A DNA stretch of 63,983 nucleotides, filler included, from Sphacelaria rigidula (taxonomy: Eukaryota), in the NCBI GenBank assembly GCA_964200075.2. It is 11 parts of 11 records of this genome, joined end to end, with 100 filler letters (N's around TTAATTAATTAA, not from the genome) between each part and the next. Parts side by side here need not be neighbours in the genome. Positions count along the whole stretch, not along the records: positions 11,653 to 17,378 come from CAXNAA020024931.1; positions 17,479 to 23,204 come from CAXNAA020024932.1; positions 23,305 to 29,030 come from CAXNAA020024933.1; 8 more parts are not named here. One strand, written 5' to 3'. The notes under the pieces were generated by a model. It did no database searches and was not told the origin of the DNA. It saw only the letters and a program-made list of their open reading frames with translations. Numbering within the stretch: position 1 is the first letter of the stretch; every line of letters starts with the position of its first letter. The translations under genes and the position numbers were made by a program. Below are positions 13,194 to 25,380 of the stretch, piece by piece.

Positions 13194-14051
13194 TACCAAA
13201 CCTGGGCCGGTAAAAGGCCTGGGAAATATTGTTCCAAACTTCGCCCGGCCCGGTTTCTGAATCACCCCGTCTCACCTCAATTTTGCGAGTTAGGCCGGAT
13301 GTTATGGCAAACAGATTTTTGGCCCACGGATTGTTCAATTTTAGACGTCTGACCCCTTTTTCGACCCCCAAACAGGGAAAATCGTCAACACGCCTTGGAG
13401 ACTTCGCATCACTCCACAGAGGGGCCTAGCCCACTTTTCAGATTCGCTTGGCTCCAACGTTTCGAGATTGGCCGCTGACCAGAAATTCGTGTGCGAAAAT
13501 CCATGCTTGCCGACCACCGCCAGTTTGCCCAACAATCTGTGGAGATCGCCGTAGATGTTGTTGCACACGAATTTTTGTTCAGCGGCCGCTCTCGAAAAAC
13601 CTTGGTGCCAAGCGAATCTGAAAAGTGGGCTAGGCTCCTCTCTGTGGAGTGATGCAAAGTGTCCAAGACGTGTGTTGGCGATTTCCCTTGTCTGGGGGTC
13701 AAAAAGTGACTCAAACGCCATAAAAGTGAACAATCCGTGGGCCAAAAATCTGTGTGCCACGACATCCGGCCTTAGAGTTTGAAATTTGGTAGGGAGAAGA
13801 AGGACAGGGCATGCTGAAACGTTGTTGTGCGGGACGCAGTTTTTTTTTTCGTGAGTTCGCGGCGTTTTCCTGATATTTAGATACTGGTTATTGCCCTCAA
13901 TTCACGAAAGAAGAAAAACGCGTCCGGGGCGACAGCGTCCTAGCATGCCCTATTCTTCCTCCCTACAAAATTTCGAAGTCCAACTCGAAAAATTGGGGTG
14001 AGACAGGGTTTGCAAACCAAAAATTCGCGTCTTGGCCGACCCAGCCTGTTA
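13194..14051. mobile_element. Long-TIR MITE (TACCAAACCTGGG end) hosting a Harbinger MITE
   Basis: Inverted arms; homologous to 31481-32398 and to ~3540-3625 plus 5083-5240. Confidence 0.65.
13293..13771. mobile_element. Palindromic 479-bp Tourist/Harbinger-like MITE
   Basis: ~210-bp imperfect inverted arms with GGCCGGATGT ends; TTA TSD (13290-13292, 13772-13774). Confidence 0.88.
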
Positions 14052-14203
14052 GATGAAGGTGGAAAGCATGATGTCCACGCCTTGAACTTGATGCATCACG
14101 GATCTCGTGGTTCAGATCCCACAAAAAGCTTTGGTGTCAACTACATGAGAGCGGTTCTACACCTATAACGGTAACCTCCTCCACACATTCATGTCCACAG
14201 AAG

Positions 14204-14735
14204 CCCCCCCCCATTCCCCCCCCTACGGGGTCAGCGATGACGCTATAAAACACGCCACTCACTGCGTAAGCTAGGCACCCACGTTACCGGTTTGTTTTGC
14301 GCGCTTGCGTTTTTCTTTGCGCGATTATGATGGTCGTCGAGCTAGATCATCATGTGCGGACTGGGGGGACCTCAACTCCGCGGATAGGAGATGACCGTAC
14401 TACGTAATGTTCACATGGTGAGACACCCATGAGGCAGTGTGTAAGCCGTGGCTGTCTCTGGAAGTGACAATACCAGGGAATGAAGCATCTCATTGTAGGC
14501 TGCTATCCAAATGCAAGATAATCAGTAGACTTCGGGCCGAACAATCTTAGCGGGATGCAGCTCTTGATGCAACTTGCCAAGCACATCACGGCGCTTCGCG
14601 CTGGGTGATTGAGTGCGAGCCTAAAACCCGGCGTGCTCCGTCCCGGATTTGTAGGGATGCGAGGTCAATGGTCTGATGACTATTGCATGCAAGATCATGA
14701 GTACATCCCTCGTGCGCCCTCCTCCTCTCCCCACT
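14204..14735 (+). mobile_element. CT-2 non-autonomous retroposon (~500 bp) between C-rich tracts
   Basis: Collinear with 54087-54650 and 23475-23773; ends CATGAGTAC followed by C-rich sequence. Confidence 0.75.
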
Positions 14736-14929
14736 TCCCCATGTGAAAAAATGGATAAATACTATCCCCTCGCAGGGGGTGCAACTGACCATTTCTGCTA
14801 CCGGCGTATCGGAGTAGTTTCCACGGAGCATCTGAGCACAAGTGATGCACTGTCGATCACCCATCCCTCCATCTCTTCAGAATATAGGTGTGACTACAGG
14901 TTGGGCCGTCCAAGACGCAGACAGGGATG

Positions 14930-15228
14930 TGAACACGCGAGTTAGTAGCTGAATTTCAGGTCGTTTTCTATGAAATTTTGACAAGATGTACAGGATGTAT
15001 GTGCGAAGACGCTCCCTTTTCCACCCTACTTTCTTTTTTTTCGGAGTTATTTACGATTTTGTTCCGAAAAACTATTCTAAAATGTTTGGTCGCCGATAAC
15101 TCACGGAGAAAGAAAACAAAATGTAGGTTGGAAAAAGTGGCGTCTTTGCACATACACCCTGTACATCGTGTCAAACTTTCATACAAAACGACCTGAAATT
15201 AAGTTGCTAAATCACACGTTCGTGTTCA
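14930..15228. mobile_element. Foldback MITE with ~110-bp inverted arms; diverged copy at ~15270-15560, arm fragment at ~5915-5990
   Basis: TGAACACG...CGTGTTCA ends; arms are reverse complements. Confidence 0.7.
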
Positions 15229-16259
15229 AGACTGGTTCATGTGTGGAGATGGACCAGCCACGAAAAAATGAAACACAGTTAGGCTGTTCAATCCAAGTGT
15301 TTCTTCACGAAATTCCGACAAGATGTGCATGAGGTATGTTGTGAAGTCCCTATCGTCCCGTTTTGACGTTTTTTCAATGAGTTGCCGACGCTTTTGTACC
15401 CGTAAAAACTGTTCCGAAATTTAGATGAACAATAATTCACGAGGGGAAAAAATTACAAGAGGGGGAAACAGTAGGGGCTTGAAATATACCTGATGTATAT
15501 CGTGTCAAAATTTCATGGAAAGCGACTCGGAATTGAGCAGTGAAATCGCGTGTTTCTGTCGAGAACCGGTTCACTTGCTTCTAGAGTACAACAACCTCAG
15601 CCCGAACTTCGACGTTTTCTACAAGCCCGACGCCTTGGGGCGCTGGAGGTCTCGTCTGCGTGCCACCTCAGACCCTGCGCGCGTACAGTACGACATTAAA
15701 TGTTGTACAACCACAATTAGTGCAGCATCATCACTTTGCGGCCGCGGCACAACCGACTGTAACCGTAAATGCGATTTCAGCCGTCTTTTTCCCTAATTCC
15801 GCCGCACATGCCAGTCTCAACTCTTTACACTTCGCAGCTGACTACAGTTTGGTATTTCGTTTGATGGGAACTTGTCAGATCGCAGTGCTACGTGGAGTAA
15901 AAGACGCGCGTTGATTTGCAGATTACAACGATGTGTCAGAGTAGGCACAACTCGCGGTTGATCGTCAGTTAGACCCGGCTGAAGGACGACTGGGTATGAG
16001 TGTAGTTCTGCGCAAGGCCTTCTCTCACCGAAGCCACGTGGCAGAGGCCTGCTGTTTTTCTTCCTTGTATATTCTCCGTTGTTATGTTCTACCTTGTCTG
16101 CCGTCTTTTTTTTTATAGTATTTCTGTTTTGTTCTGTCTCGGGTACGGCCATCATGTGGCCACGGTTAGATTCCTGGGGGGGGGGGAGGCCAGTTAAAAT
16201 GCGACAATCAATAAAATTAAATTAAATTAAAATTAAATCAGAATACTTCCAAAACTGAC

Positions 16260-16385
16260 CCTGAGAGCGGCGTGCGCCGACGTGGCTTCCTCATACTTGA
16301 TGATGCAGTCTCCCTTAGGCTTGCCCGTCGCCTCATCCTTGTAAATGCGCACCGAGTACGGCCACTGGTCCTTGTATCCGCGTTT
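16260..16385 (-). CDS. FUS/TAF15 (FET)-like RRM protein, internal exon (KRGYKDQWPYSVRIYKDEATGKPKGDCIIKYEEATSAHAALR)
   Basis: CAG acceptor, GTCAGT donor, 126 bp; IY.D..TGKPKGD RNP1 region typical of FET RRMs. Confidence 0.88.
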
Positions 16386-17478
16386 CTGGACGCACGTACA
16401 TTCCATTCAATTCAGCATTTGCGAACAGGGTTAGCCTGGGGTAGCAGCAGGAAGCAGGTGCTGCACGACCCGGTTCATCAGGAACTTTGGCATACTACAA
16501 CAATACATCACAAGTTGGACACGATACGGTCAATAGTTGCATGAGACAAGAAATGCACTGCGTAACGCATGGGCCCCGACAATAAGTTTCAACAGGTCGA
16601 TATCCCAGGATACGAACACTACGCAGGTTGTCGACACATACGGCCGCAAATGCTATGAATACACCGGGGAGAGATGGGTTGATTCCTCAAAACCACGGAC
16701 GCGTCCCGAGGGAGGGGGGGGGGGGGGGGAGGGGGGGGTCAAAGTGCCACACCAGAAAATAAAAAAAAAAAAAAACACAAAGGGGACAACAGGTTGNNNN
16801 NNNNNNGAAGGGGGGGAGGGGGGGGGGAGGAGGGAGACGGGGGGGGGGGGGGCGGGGGGGGGGGGGGGGGGAGGGGGGGGGGGGGGGGTCAAAGTGCCAC
16901 ACATGAAAATAATAAAAAATAATACCACACAGTGGACAACAGATTGCATCACCGAATAGTGTACTGCGTATAGTACCGAATATATTGCGTATTGCATTAG
17001 ACAACAGATTCGGCACTGCACGTAGTACACTTTATGGCAATGCAATCCATTGTCTAGGGCGTGGAATATTCCCCGAAAAGCCCCGGTACACTCTTCGCTT
17101 ACTCAACTCTACAGCATTGAACTCCAGGAAAAAGAGCACACGATGAGCGTATGCGGCTAAACTTTAGCAAAAGCGGGTGCTGCAAACGCAACGTTTACGC
17201 CTGGGACTGTCACCCCCTTAAAGATCCGAGTATGGTCGTCCTACAGTCAAGTCAACCGTGTTTTGACCGTGGAAATTGGACGACGGCACTCGCGTTATCT
17301 CTCTTCTTCTCCGCACCCCAAGTTGCATGCTACATCGAGGAAGACTTGATTCTCTGGATGGGGGGGGGGGGGGGGGGGNNNNNNNNNNNNNNNNNNNNNN
17401 NNNNNNNNNNNNNNNNNNNNNNTTAATTAATTAANNNNNNNNNNNNNNNNNNNNNNNNNNNNNNNNNNNNNNNNNNNN

Positions 17479-17890
17479 TACTCATTTGTTGCTTGCCTTA
17501 TTCGTGTGACCATTGACCACGCATCCCTTTCGAGACGGGGCACCGTTCCTACTCCTGAGAGAGACACCTCCAACATTCCGGCGCTCATTACGTTTCTTGT
17601 ATACATTACACAAAACTTTTACATATCTTATCCCCGTCCTGTTTCGCCGTCTCTGGCCCCTGTCTATCTCCTGGTATAGCCACCGTTTTCTCCGTACTGC
17701 CTGATGCATCAAACGATTCGATGCCACCTTCGTTCACGTCCCGCATTTCTCTCTAGCACGTCCCGTTCCTCCTTGTATTGTTCACATTCTGCCACTATAT
17801 GACTCTGCTCTCTATTCCCTTGCCGCAGAGGCAGTTCTGTCCATCTACTTCGTCCTCCTTTCGACGACTGGTAAATCTCTTTCTCGAAGC
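17479..17890 (-). mobile_element. CT-1 LINE 3' end with decayed C-terminal zinc knuckle
   Basis: Minus-strand NCLCGKGIESR..HIVAECEQYKEERDVLE (one frameshift); reading continues to NGHTNKASNK*; long G-run at the 5'-truncated end. Confidence 0.75.
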
Positions 17891-19128
17891 GGGGGGGGGG
17901 GGGGGGGGGGGGCTGGGCCTCGGCGAAAAACACCCCCACCGGCCCCCCGCTCAAAAAAGTGGGGTAACCNNNNNNNNNNCTGTCCCCTCTCATCCTTTGT
18001 GTGGTTTTACGCGTGCTTGGGGCTTTGGGGGGGGGAGGACGGGGTTGGGCGGGCTTAGCCTCGGCTGAGACATACCACCCGTTGACATCCTTGCAAAAAC
18101 ATGGTTGAACCACGTAAAAACTTGGTGTTGCGAGTATTAAGTGTTTGGAGCGTTGTGATAATATCGCTGTGCGGCAAGGGTACCGCGACACGAGTAGCAA
18201 GCATGGGACGCCACTCGCGCCGAGATTTTAAAAATTCATAACTGATGCAATTGTCAAATGTTCGGAAAGTGAAAAAGAGTAGACAAAACGCCTCCACGTT
18301 CTTGCGGGGAAAAAAAACGGGAGGGCGGGATGAGAAACACCGACGAGAGGGGACTGCAGCGTGCCTACTGCATGCCCTCTGGCTGTTGGTAGAGGCGGTA
18401 CTCTACTGTACTTTACATGGCTGCACTCTCGACCGTTGCTCGCCAGCTCTGTGACTCTTGAGACAGCCTTAGGTAGGCCCTTCAGGCAACCATGAACGTT
18501 GGCGTCCGGAAGACACGATCCACCTAGTCAGACCGTCATGGTACGGCTTGCAGTACATGTGGTGATACATGTACCAAGATATTGGCACACAGCGGCAGAA
18601 GCATAGATGGTGGGAGGGTAAAAAAAAAAAACACGCTCGCCCTTCTTCCTTGAGCACGGTAAAATGCTGCTGCATGTCTACTGACTCCAAGTGTTAGTTT
18701 TGTGCCGCTCGTGCTCAGCATTCGTATCCCTGTCGCATCCACCGTCGCGTTCATAGCCTATCTACAGTATCCCCTCTCCAAGAAAATCTCCGGTGACTGT
18801 CAGCGGACAACATTTCGGAACAGAAAAATGGCGTTTATTTGAAGGTTGAAGGGGAGACCGCGCGTAGAGTATATGCAGTAGAGACGTTCAGCCACGCTTC
18901 GTGTCTGCCCGCACCGTGCACTGTTTCGTGCGTCATGCGGCGATGAAATCCCGTGTCAGTATTTAGGTACATGTATTCACATCGGTATACTTCACGCCGC
19001 TTTTAAAAAGGATCATATGTCCTCCCACATCATCTCAAGTGGACGTGCATGCTGCGCTGTAACGACTGACTGATACTGTGCAATTCTGCCGTCGCTTGCC
19101 ACTGCCTTCCTCGGTGAACGGACCTCAG

Positions 19129-19196
19129 CGGAAACATGCGGCTGGCAGTGCAACTCCCCCCCTCGGAGGAGCTGAACGAATGGCTAGCTGTAAACA
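19129..19196 (+). CDS. MOB1: MOB kinase activator, exon (GNMRLAVQLPPSEELNEWLAVNT)
   Basis: CAG/GTGAGT sites; matches MOB1 GNLR.AV.LP.GEDLNEW.AVNT; phase fits next exon. Confidence 0.93.
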
Positions 19197-19535
19197 GTGA
19201 GTTGAGAGTCTGGCTTACTCTGTAGTATTTTGTACCGTACTTGCACCGCACTGTGAGTAGAGATGCCCATCATTGATTGATTGATTATCTCACGTTAGCT
19301 GATTGTAACACTCCAGCGCGTGGTAGACAATGATGAAGCTGTTTCATCAGTTGGGAAAATTTCTCTCGCATTTATTGCGATGCATGCGTACGAGATTAGA
19401 GAGTAGAGAAGAGTAGGGTGGGGTGAGGTTCGAGTAGCTTCCTCAGCGGCTGTGCATTTGAACATGTTTTCACTACAGGCAGTAATCCATTCCTGCGTTT
19501 TGTGTGTCTCCTTCCTGTTGTTGTCGATCGTGCAG

Positions 19536-19683
19536 CCGTGGATTTTTTCAACGAGGTGTCTTTGCTCTATGGCATCGTGGCGGATGGGGCCGCACAGTAC
19601 GAGAGACCAGGGGAAGGCTTTCCACCGGGATTTGAGTACCTGTGGGTGCCCGAGGGAGCCAAAGGCAAGACCGGACGCAAGCC
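19536..19683 (+). CDS. MOB1: MOB kinase activator, exon (VDFFNEVSLLYGIVADGAAQYERPGEGFPPGFEYLWVPEGAKGKTGRKP)
   Basis: TGCAG/GTGAGT sites; VDFFN..LLYG and EY.W MOB motifs; phases consistent. Confidence 0.93.
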
Positions 19684-21731
19684 GTGAGTGCTGGTTGGTG
19701 TACATGGGAGATTGCGGGCGATTCTGTGAAATAAAAAATTTTGCTGCGCTATAGTACACCACGGCAACGTTGTTCCAAGGGCAAGTGATTGTCTTATTCA
19801 CCTAAATAGTGCCGGTAGCGCGACGAAAGCTGTGCGTTGACCTTCTGTTTTCATCCGTCTATCGAGAGATATGAGTCCGGGTCTTCGTCGTGGAAATCGG
19901 ACTCTCTCTCTCTCTTCAACTGCTACGGGAACGTTTTGAAGTAGTCCTGAGGACTCGAGTCAGCTCGTACTTTCCCAAATCCGTCGCTATGACTCGACGG
20001 ACGCATAGGGCGTCTCGACAGTATTTGAGAGGAGGGGGGGGGGGGAACGAGATCAAAGTTGATCTGCTATGTGTAATGTTGATGTTGCCATCGGATCCGG
20101 CATTGGCAAAATAATTCCGGCGCTGAGATTCTCGTCCCTTTTGGAACCGTTGATGGAAGAAGTAACGATTTAAAAACTCCCGTATGCGAGCTTTCGTCGC
20201 CGGGAAAACCTCACTTCGAGTTCGGTGCGCGAATCTGCCACATGAGTATACTTGGACTCGAAGTGGTGCGCCGTTTTGGTGAGCTGCATAATCAACAGTT
20301 GCACAAAAACAACAATATCTTGCCCAAGAAAACGTCAATTTCAAATCGTCACTTTCCCATCAACGGTTCCAAGAGGGTTTACGACGTATGCCGTGCTTGT
20401 TTTGTTTTTGATCCGTCGATAACTAAGGGCGTGTCTTGGCCAATTGTTTATCGATGTAGAAAGTGCGGTGGAAAATAAACAAATCCAATCTGATATGTCA
20501 TGTCAACATGGATGACGTGGACGCAAAAGTCGACCTATTCTGACCTATTGGATCGGTTTTTTTATTTTCCGCTGCTGTTTTTTTTACCGAAAAATTGTTT
20601 ACTAAGACTCGACCTGAGGTCGGAATGGCTGTTTCAGCGAAATCGTGCACCTCAAGTGGTGCCTAAACTACACATTTTGAGGCAAAATAGATTTTACTAT
20701 TGTTTGCACTCATGGCTGATGCTCGCACAATACAAATGCCGAACGCACTCGATCCAAGCTTCTTGTATTACGGTGAAAATCAGGCTATCTGTGGGTGTAA
20801 AGCAGTTCCGCAGTACCACGCTGAGCGTCTGAACGTGGTGCTGCATACTCTGAAATGATGAGACCACGTTTCACATCTCGAGACCTCCTGGGGTTGGGGT
20901 GGGCGTACTCATTCGTTGCTTGCCTTGGTCGTTTGACCATAGACCACCCTGGGGTCGGAGGGGCGAGGGGGTCTTGACCCTGTCACCGCCGTAGTTGGGG
21001 TCGTCTGTCAACTGTTTGGATCGTCATTATTTTTCCCTGGAAAATGACCGAGACCCAGATGATCCACCCTGGGGATCCAAGGGTCAGAGATATTTTACCC
21101 CCCCCAAAACGAACGCGTCAAAGAAAAGAAAAATCGAGGTGGGGTTAACGCGAAGCCGGCGACAAAAGTCCATCGTTAAAGATATCTTATTTTCGTCGAA
21201 CTCTCACTTTATCGCTTGTAACGCGATTTTGGATTTTTGTTTTTGCAGTATCAATAGCTCCAACGTTTGATGATGCAGCGTTTTTTTTTTGGCGGGGTAG
21301 TCCGGTGGAGTTCGAGAATGCGAGGACTGTGTGCCCGAATGTTCGAATATTGAATACTTTAAAGTAGAGTAAATTAAAAAAACTTCCAAGAGAAAGCAAA
21401 ATCACTTCCAAATGGTTGGCTTGCTCTAATGGATCGGCTCGAAAGATTCTGTTGTCTGACCTTATACTCTCGGACAGCGTGAGTAGGTCATCTGTAGAAT
21501 CGTCATTAATTTCCGCTTGAAAATAAGTATGCACTGTCCAGATGGACTGCCCTCGCGATCCAAGGGTTGAAGCTTTATTGGGACTTATTTCCGTGCGCTT
21601 CTTCGCCCCCCCCCCCTACCCGCGCGCACGCCGCCCCTTATGTTGTTTGAACATATTTGACGTCTGAGCATGTCTACTTCTCTCCCTCCCGTGTGCCTGC
21701 CCTTGCATTCTTCCGTTTCGGATCATGATAG

Positions 21732-21829
21732 CACACCGCAAAAGTGCTCGGCGCCGCAATACGTAGACCATGTCATGACTTGGGTGGAGGATCAGATCAA
21801 CAAGGAAGATATATTCCCGACCACTCCAG
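21732..21829 (+). CDS. MOB1: MOB kinase activator, exon (TPQKCSAPQYVDHVMTWVEDQINKEDIFPTTP)
   Basis: AG/GT sites; SAP.Y...M.W...Q...E.IFP motif; first and last exons not found on this scaffold. Confidence 0.93.
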
Positions 21830-23304
21830 GTACGAAGGTTGTGCGTGAGTTCTCAATTTGCATGCAAACCGTGATTCATGAAAAACAGAGAGCTCTCCGG
21901 AGCGGAACCGATGTCTTATCCGGTAAAATGTGATGCGTCTCTCTTGTTGTCGTTGTGTGTGCAACGCTCGGACTGTAGGTCGCGGACTGGCCGAAGTTTT
22001 TGGAGCTCTTCGTCTTTGAGTACAGTTCAGTTGACTGGTGATGCACATTTTGAAAAACAAATTGGTTCATGGTGGGGTCATCGCTGTGGCCTATTGATTG
22101 ATTTCAATCGATTGTCGCACTTTAACTGATTACCCTGGTAGTCATGATCCAGCCGTGGTCATTGCCCACATGATCGGCGTACCCCGGAAAAGAAAAAAAC
22201 GGGCATCGTCGCTGAAGCAAAAAGCGAAGAAAACAGAAAGATAGAACAGACAGACCAGAGTAGACTAAGAAAAGAAAAGATGAAGGGAAAAAAAGAAGGT
22301 GTCCTTTGTTTCTTCAACGTGAATGCGGTTGAGCTCCGATGGTCACACCGGAACGCCATCGGCCGGTTTGGGCGTAGTGATGGGGTTGAAATCCCGATAT
22401 AGTATCGTCTGTTCTGTCGGTTTTTGTCGTGAACAGCGTGAGAGCTTTAATTGAGGTTGAAAACGATTGTGATCGACGGGTCGAGAAGGCTCCAAGGCAG
22501 GTACCGCACGACCGACGGGTTTGGTCCGTCGAGGCTGTTGACTCTTCCCGAGGAAGAGTTGGGGGTAGGTAGGGCTAAGGCGGGAGCTGTCACAGTAGAG
22601 CTTGTACACCACGGAAGAGTGACGTTTTGGGTGAAGCATGTGACCCCAGTGTGCCATATGACTTGAGTAAATGTAAGATCTGGCTTGACGTCTGTATGCA
22701 TTCATTTCACTACGGGCTCGCTACAAACCACAATGAGATGGCGGCAGTTTTACTAGACAACAGAATTTGACAGCACAGCACAGTGCAGGCTGGTTCACGT
22801 TTTCCACCCAAACCGCACTCATCTGCGAATGTTCACGCCGATTCTTGGAGTAGAACTCTAAAGATTACCACACATACATTATGAGGCATGTTGAAACCTT
22901 AAAAATATATATTTTCCGGTTATCTGGGGTCCCGGGGTCATGAGGGTAACATGCCACTGGAACAGAGTTCAAACGACTTTTTCGGGTACGTTTGGCATTG
23001 AAAAGACCCTATCATATCATTCATTTCTGGGCAACGGCCTAGAAAAAGTACACCTTCTCGTGTTGTGCCCAAGAAAGGTGAGAAAAATTACCACAAACGC
23101 GAAAACAGCAAAACACACAGTCTAAACCCATTTCGCTCCGAGTTTTTCACGCACAAAAATCGGGGGGGCTCCTCGGTACCCGGGCCTCGAAAAAAAACAG
23201 AAAANNNNNNNNNNNNNNNNNNNNNNNNNNNNNNNNNNNNNNNNNNNNTTAATTAATTAANNNNNNNNNNNNNNNNNNNNNNNNNNNNNNNNNNNNNNNN
23301 NNNN

Positions 23305-23773
23305 GGGATGCGAGGTCAATGGTCTGATGACTATGGCAAGCATGATCATGAGTACACCCGCCCCTCCCTCGCATTCTATGTGCTCCGTCTCAAAAGGGAT
23401 GTGTGGCCAATGGTCATACGACGAAGGCGAGCAATAAACGAGACCCCCCCCCCTCGTTTTCTTTGGTGTTTTGACACCCGTGAGGCAGTGTATAAGCCGT
23501 GACTGTCTCTGGAAGTGGTGATATCAGAAAATGGCGCAACTGATTGGAGAACGTCATTCGAATGCAAGATAATCAGAAGGCTTCGGGCCGAACAGTCTTG
23601 GCAGGATGCAGCTCACTCTTCATGCGACTCGCCGAACACGTCACGGCCGATCGCGCTTGGTGGTTGATTGCGAGCCTGGTCCGGCGAAAACCCGGCGTTC
23701 TCCGTCCCGGCTTTGTAGGGATGCGAGGTCATTGGTCATATGACTACGGCATGCATGATCATGAGTACACCCG
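23305..23773 (+). mobile_element. Tandem stack of CT-2, CT-1 and CT-2 3' ends
   Basis: Three same-orientation tails; the first two are followed by C-rich runs. Confidence 0.75.
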
Positions 23774-25304
23774 TATTCTATGATCCATGACCGACTGTGC
23801 CTTTTCATTTGGTTGAGAAACTTTATCAAGTCATGGATCACCCTGGTACGTCGGCCGGGTTTTGTACGTCCGCGCTTGTACCGTGGGACGGGAACAACGA
23901 CACGCATGCTTCCACAATAGTGCATGATATATGCCTTTTCCCACACAAGTGGAGTTTCCCTCCCCCATCTTCCTACCGTGGCACGGAGAAGGCCTCGGAT
24001 ACGAACCTTACATTTTCCTTCCCACTTGTACCGGATATATCTTCCTACTGCTCCTCGCCATGAATCTGTGCTCGACCTCTGCCGGACGAATCGTTTGATT
24101 CTTGCTTGTTGTCTACGTTGAATGGACGGAAAAAACGCAGCGGGACATTGTACTACGACTACGTGACAACCAATCTTTACCCGGTGGCCTACACTGCTTT
24201 ACCCATTCTGCTGTTCGGAACCTACGACAGAGACATCTCTGCAGCAACTTGCCTCCGGTGAGAAGGAGTGATCATGCACATGGTGCGTTTGGTGTACATC
24301 ATTGGAGCAAGCATTATACTATAATACGTGTACTTCGTGTCGTGACATGGCTCGAAGGATATAGTTCCTTCGGTGTTTCAGCGAAAGTTGTGCAACGATT
24401 TGTTTCAGGGTAGAGTATAGTACCACTACAACGCAGTCTCAAAGCCGAGATATCGTTTCGTTTTGTACAAGGCCTTTCGGTAAGGGTCGTTTTAAACGCG
24501 GGTCGTTTTCTTTGTTCAGATATGTTCAGAATTTTCTGGAAACAAATATTTTCCTCGAAAAATGTGTTGGCAGATTTCTCATTCAGGTCAAGCAAGAAGT
24601 TAATCTAACATCTGACTACATATTATTCGCAAAGGCTAGCGTTGGACTTTTTATCCGAATCGTTTCTATTCACGTTTAAAAGTCGGAAAACGTCCCGAAA
24701 AAGTAAAAACAAAAGTGAGAACAAATCCCGGTAATATCGGTCCTAATCATGTACAAGGGCAGTCCGCGCTTTCATACTCCCACATCCGAAGGTCGGGCAA
24801 CAAAAGAAGACGGGGCGTACTCATTTGTTACTTGCCTTAGTCGTTTGACCATTGATCACGCATCCCTTTCGAGACGGAGCGAGACGGGGGGCGGAGGGGG
24901 CGGAGGTACTGCTGTTCCGTCGTTGAACTACGGAGTATTTGTACGACTTTCTTCCAAATAAGTGTGTTTTCGGTTTTCAATATAATAGTGCTGCGATGTC
25001 AGCTCTGGGGAGTCGGCTCAGTATCCATTCCGCTTGCTTGAGTCCTCCATCGGCGAGTGATATTCACACGATTCGGTCAGCGTTGCCGTAGCAGTCCGTC
25101 TTCGGTGCCTATTTTGACAGCAGATTCGTCCTGGGAGGGAACCGTTCGATAAGAAAGAAAGCGCAAACATGCATGGTAAATGTTTTTTATGCTGGATGAT
25201 GACACCACGGGCCTATGACACGTACGCTTCTGTTCTATTCAGGCGTCGTAATAATGAAGGGAGGCACTTTTTCGTTTTTGTGATTGCGTGCATTTCCCGT
25301 GCAG

Positions 25305-25380
25305 GTTCCCACACTTGTACGCCTATGGAATCAAGGACGGCTACATGAGGCCCAAGATATTCTGGTCATGGATGTTGCAG
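25305..25380 (+). CDS. P4-type ATPase (phospholipid flippase), C-terminal region exon (FPHLYAYGIKDGYMRPKIFWSWMLQ)
   Basis: GCAG/GTGAGC sites; P.LY..G......FW.W pattern of the PhoLip_ATPase_C region. Confidence 0.82.

Noticed and set aside
16712..16930. Direct repeat of poly(G)-TCAAAGTGCCACAC around an internal N gap
   Set aside because: Probably overlapping low-quality contig ends at a G homopolymer
23315..23345. CTGATGA in the CT-2 tail as a hammerhead ribozyme core
   Set aside because: No correctly placed GAAA or stems, and not conserved among copies
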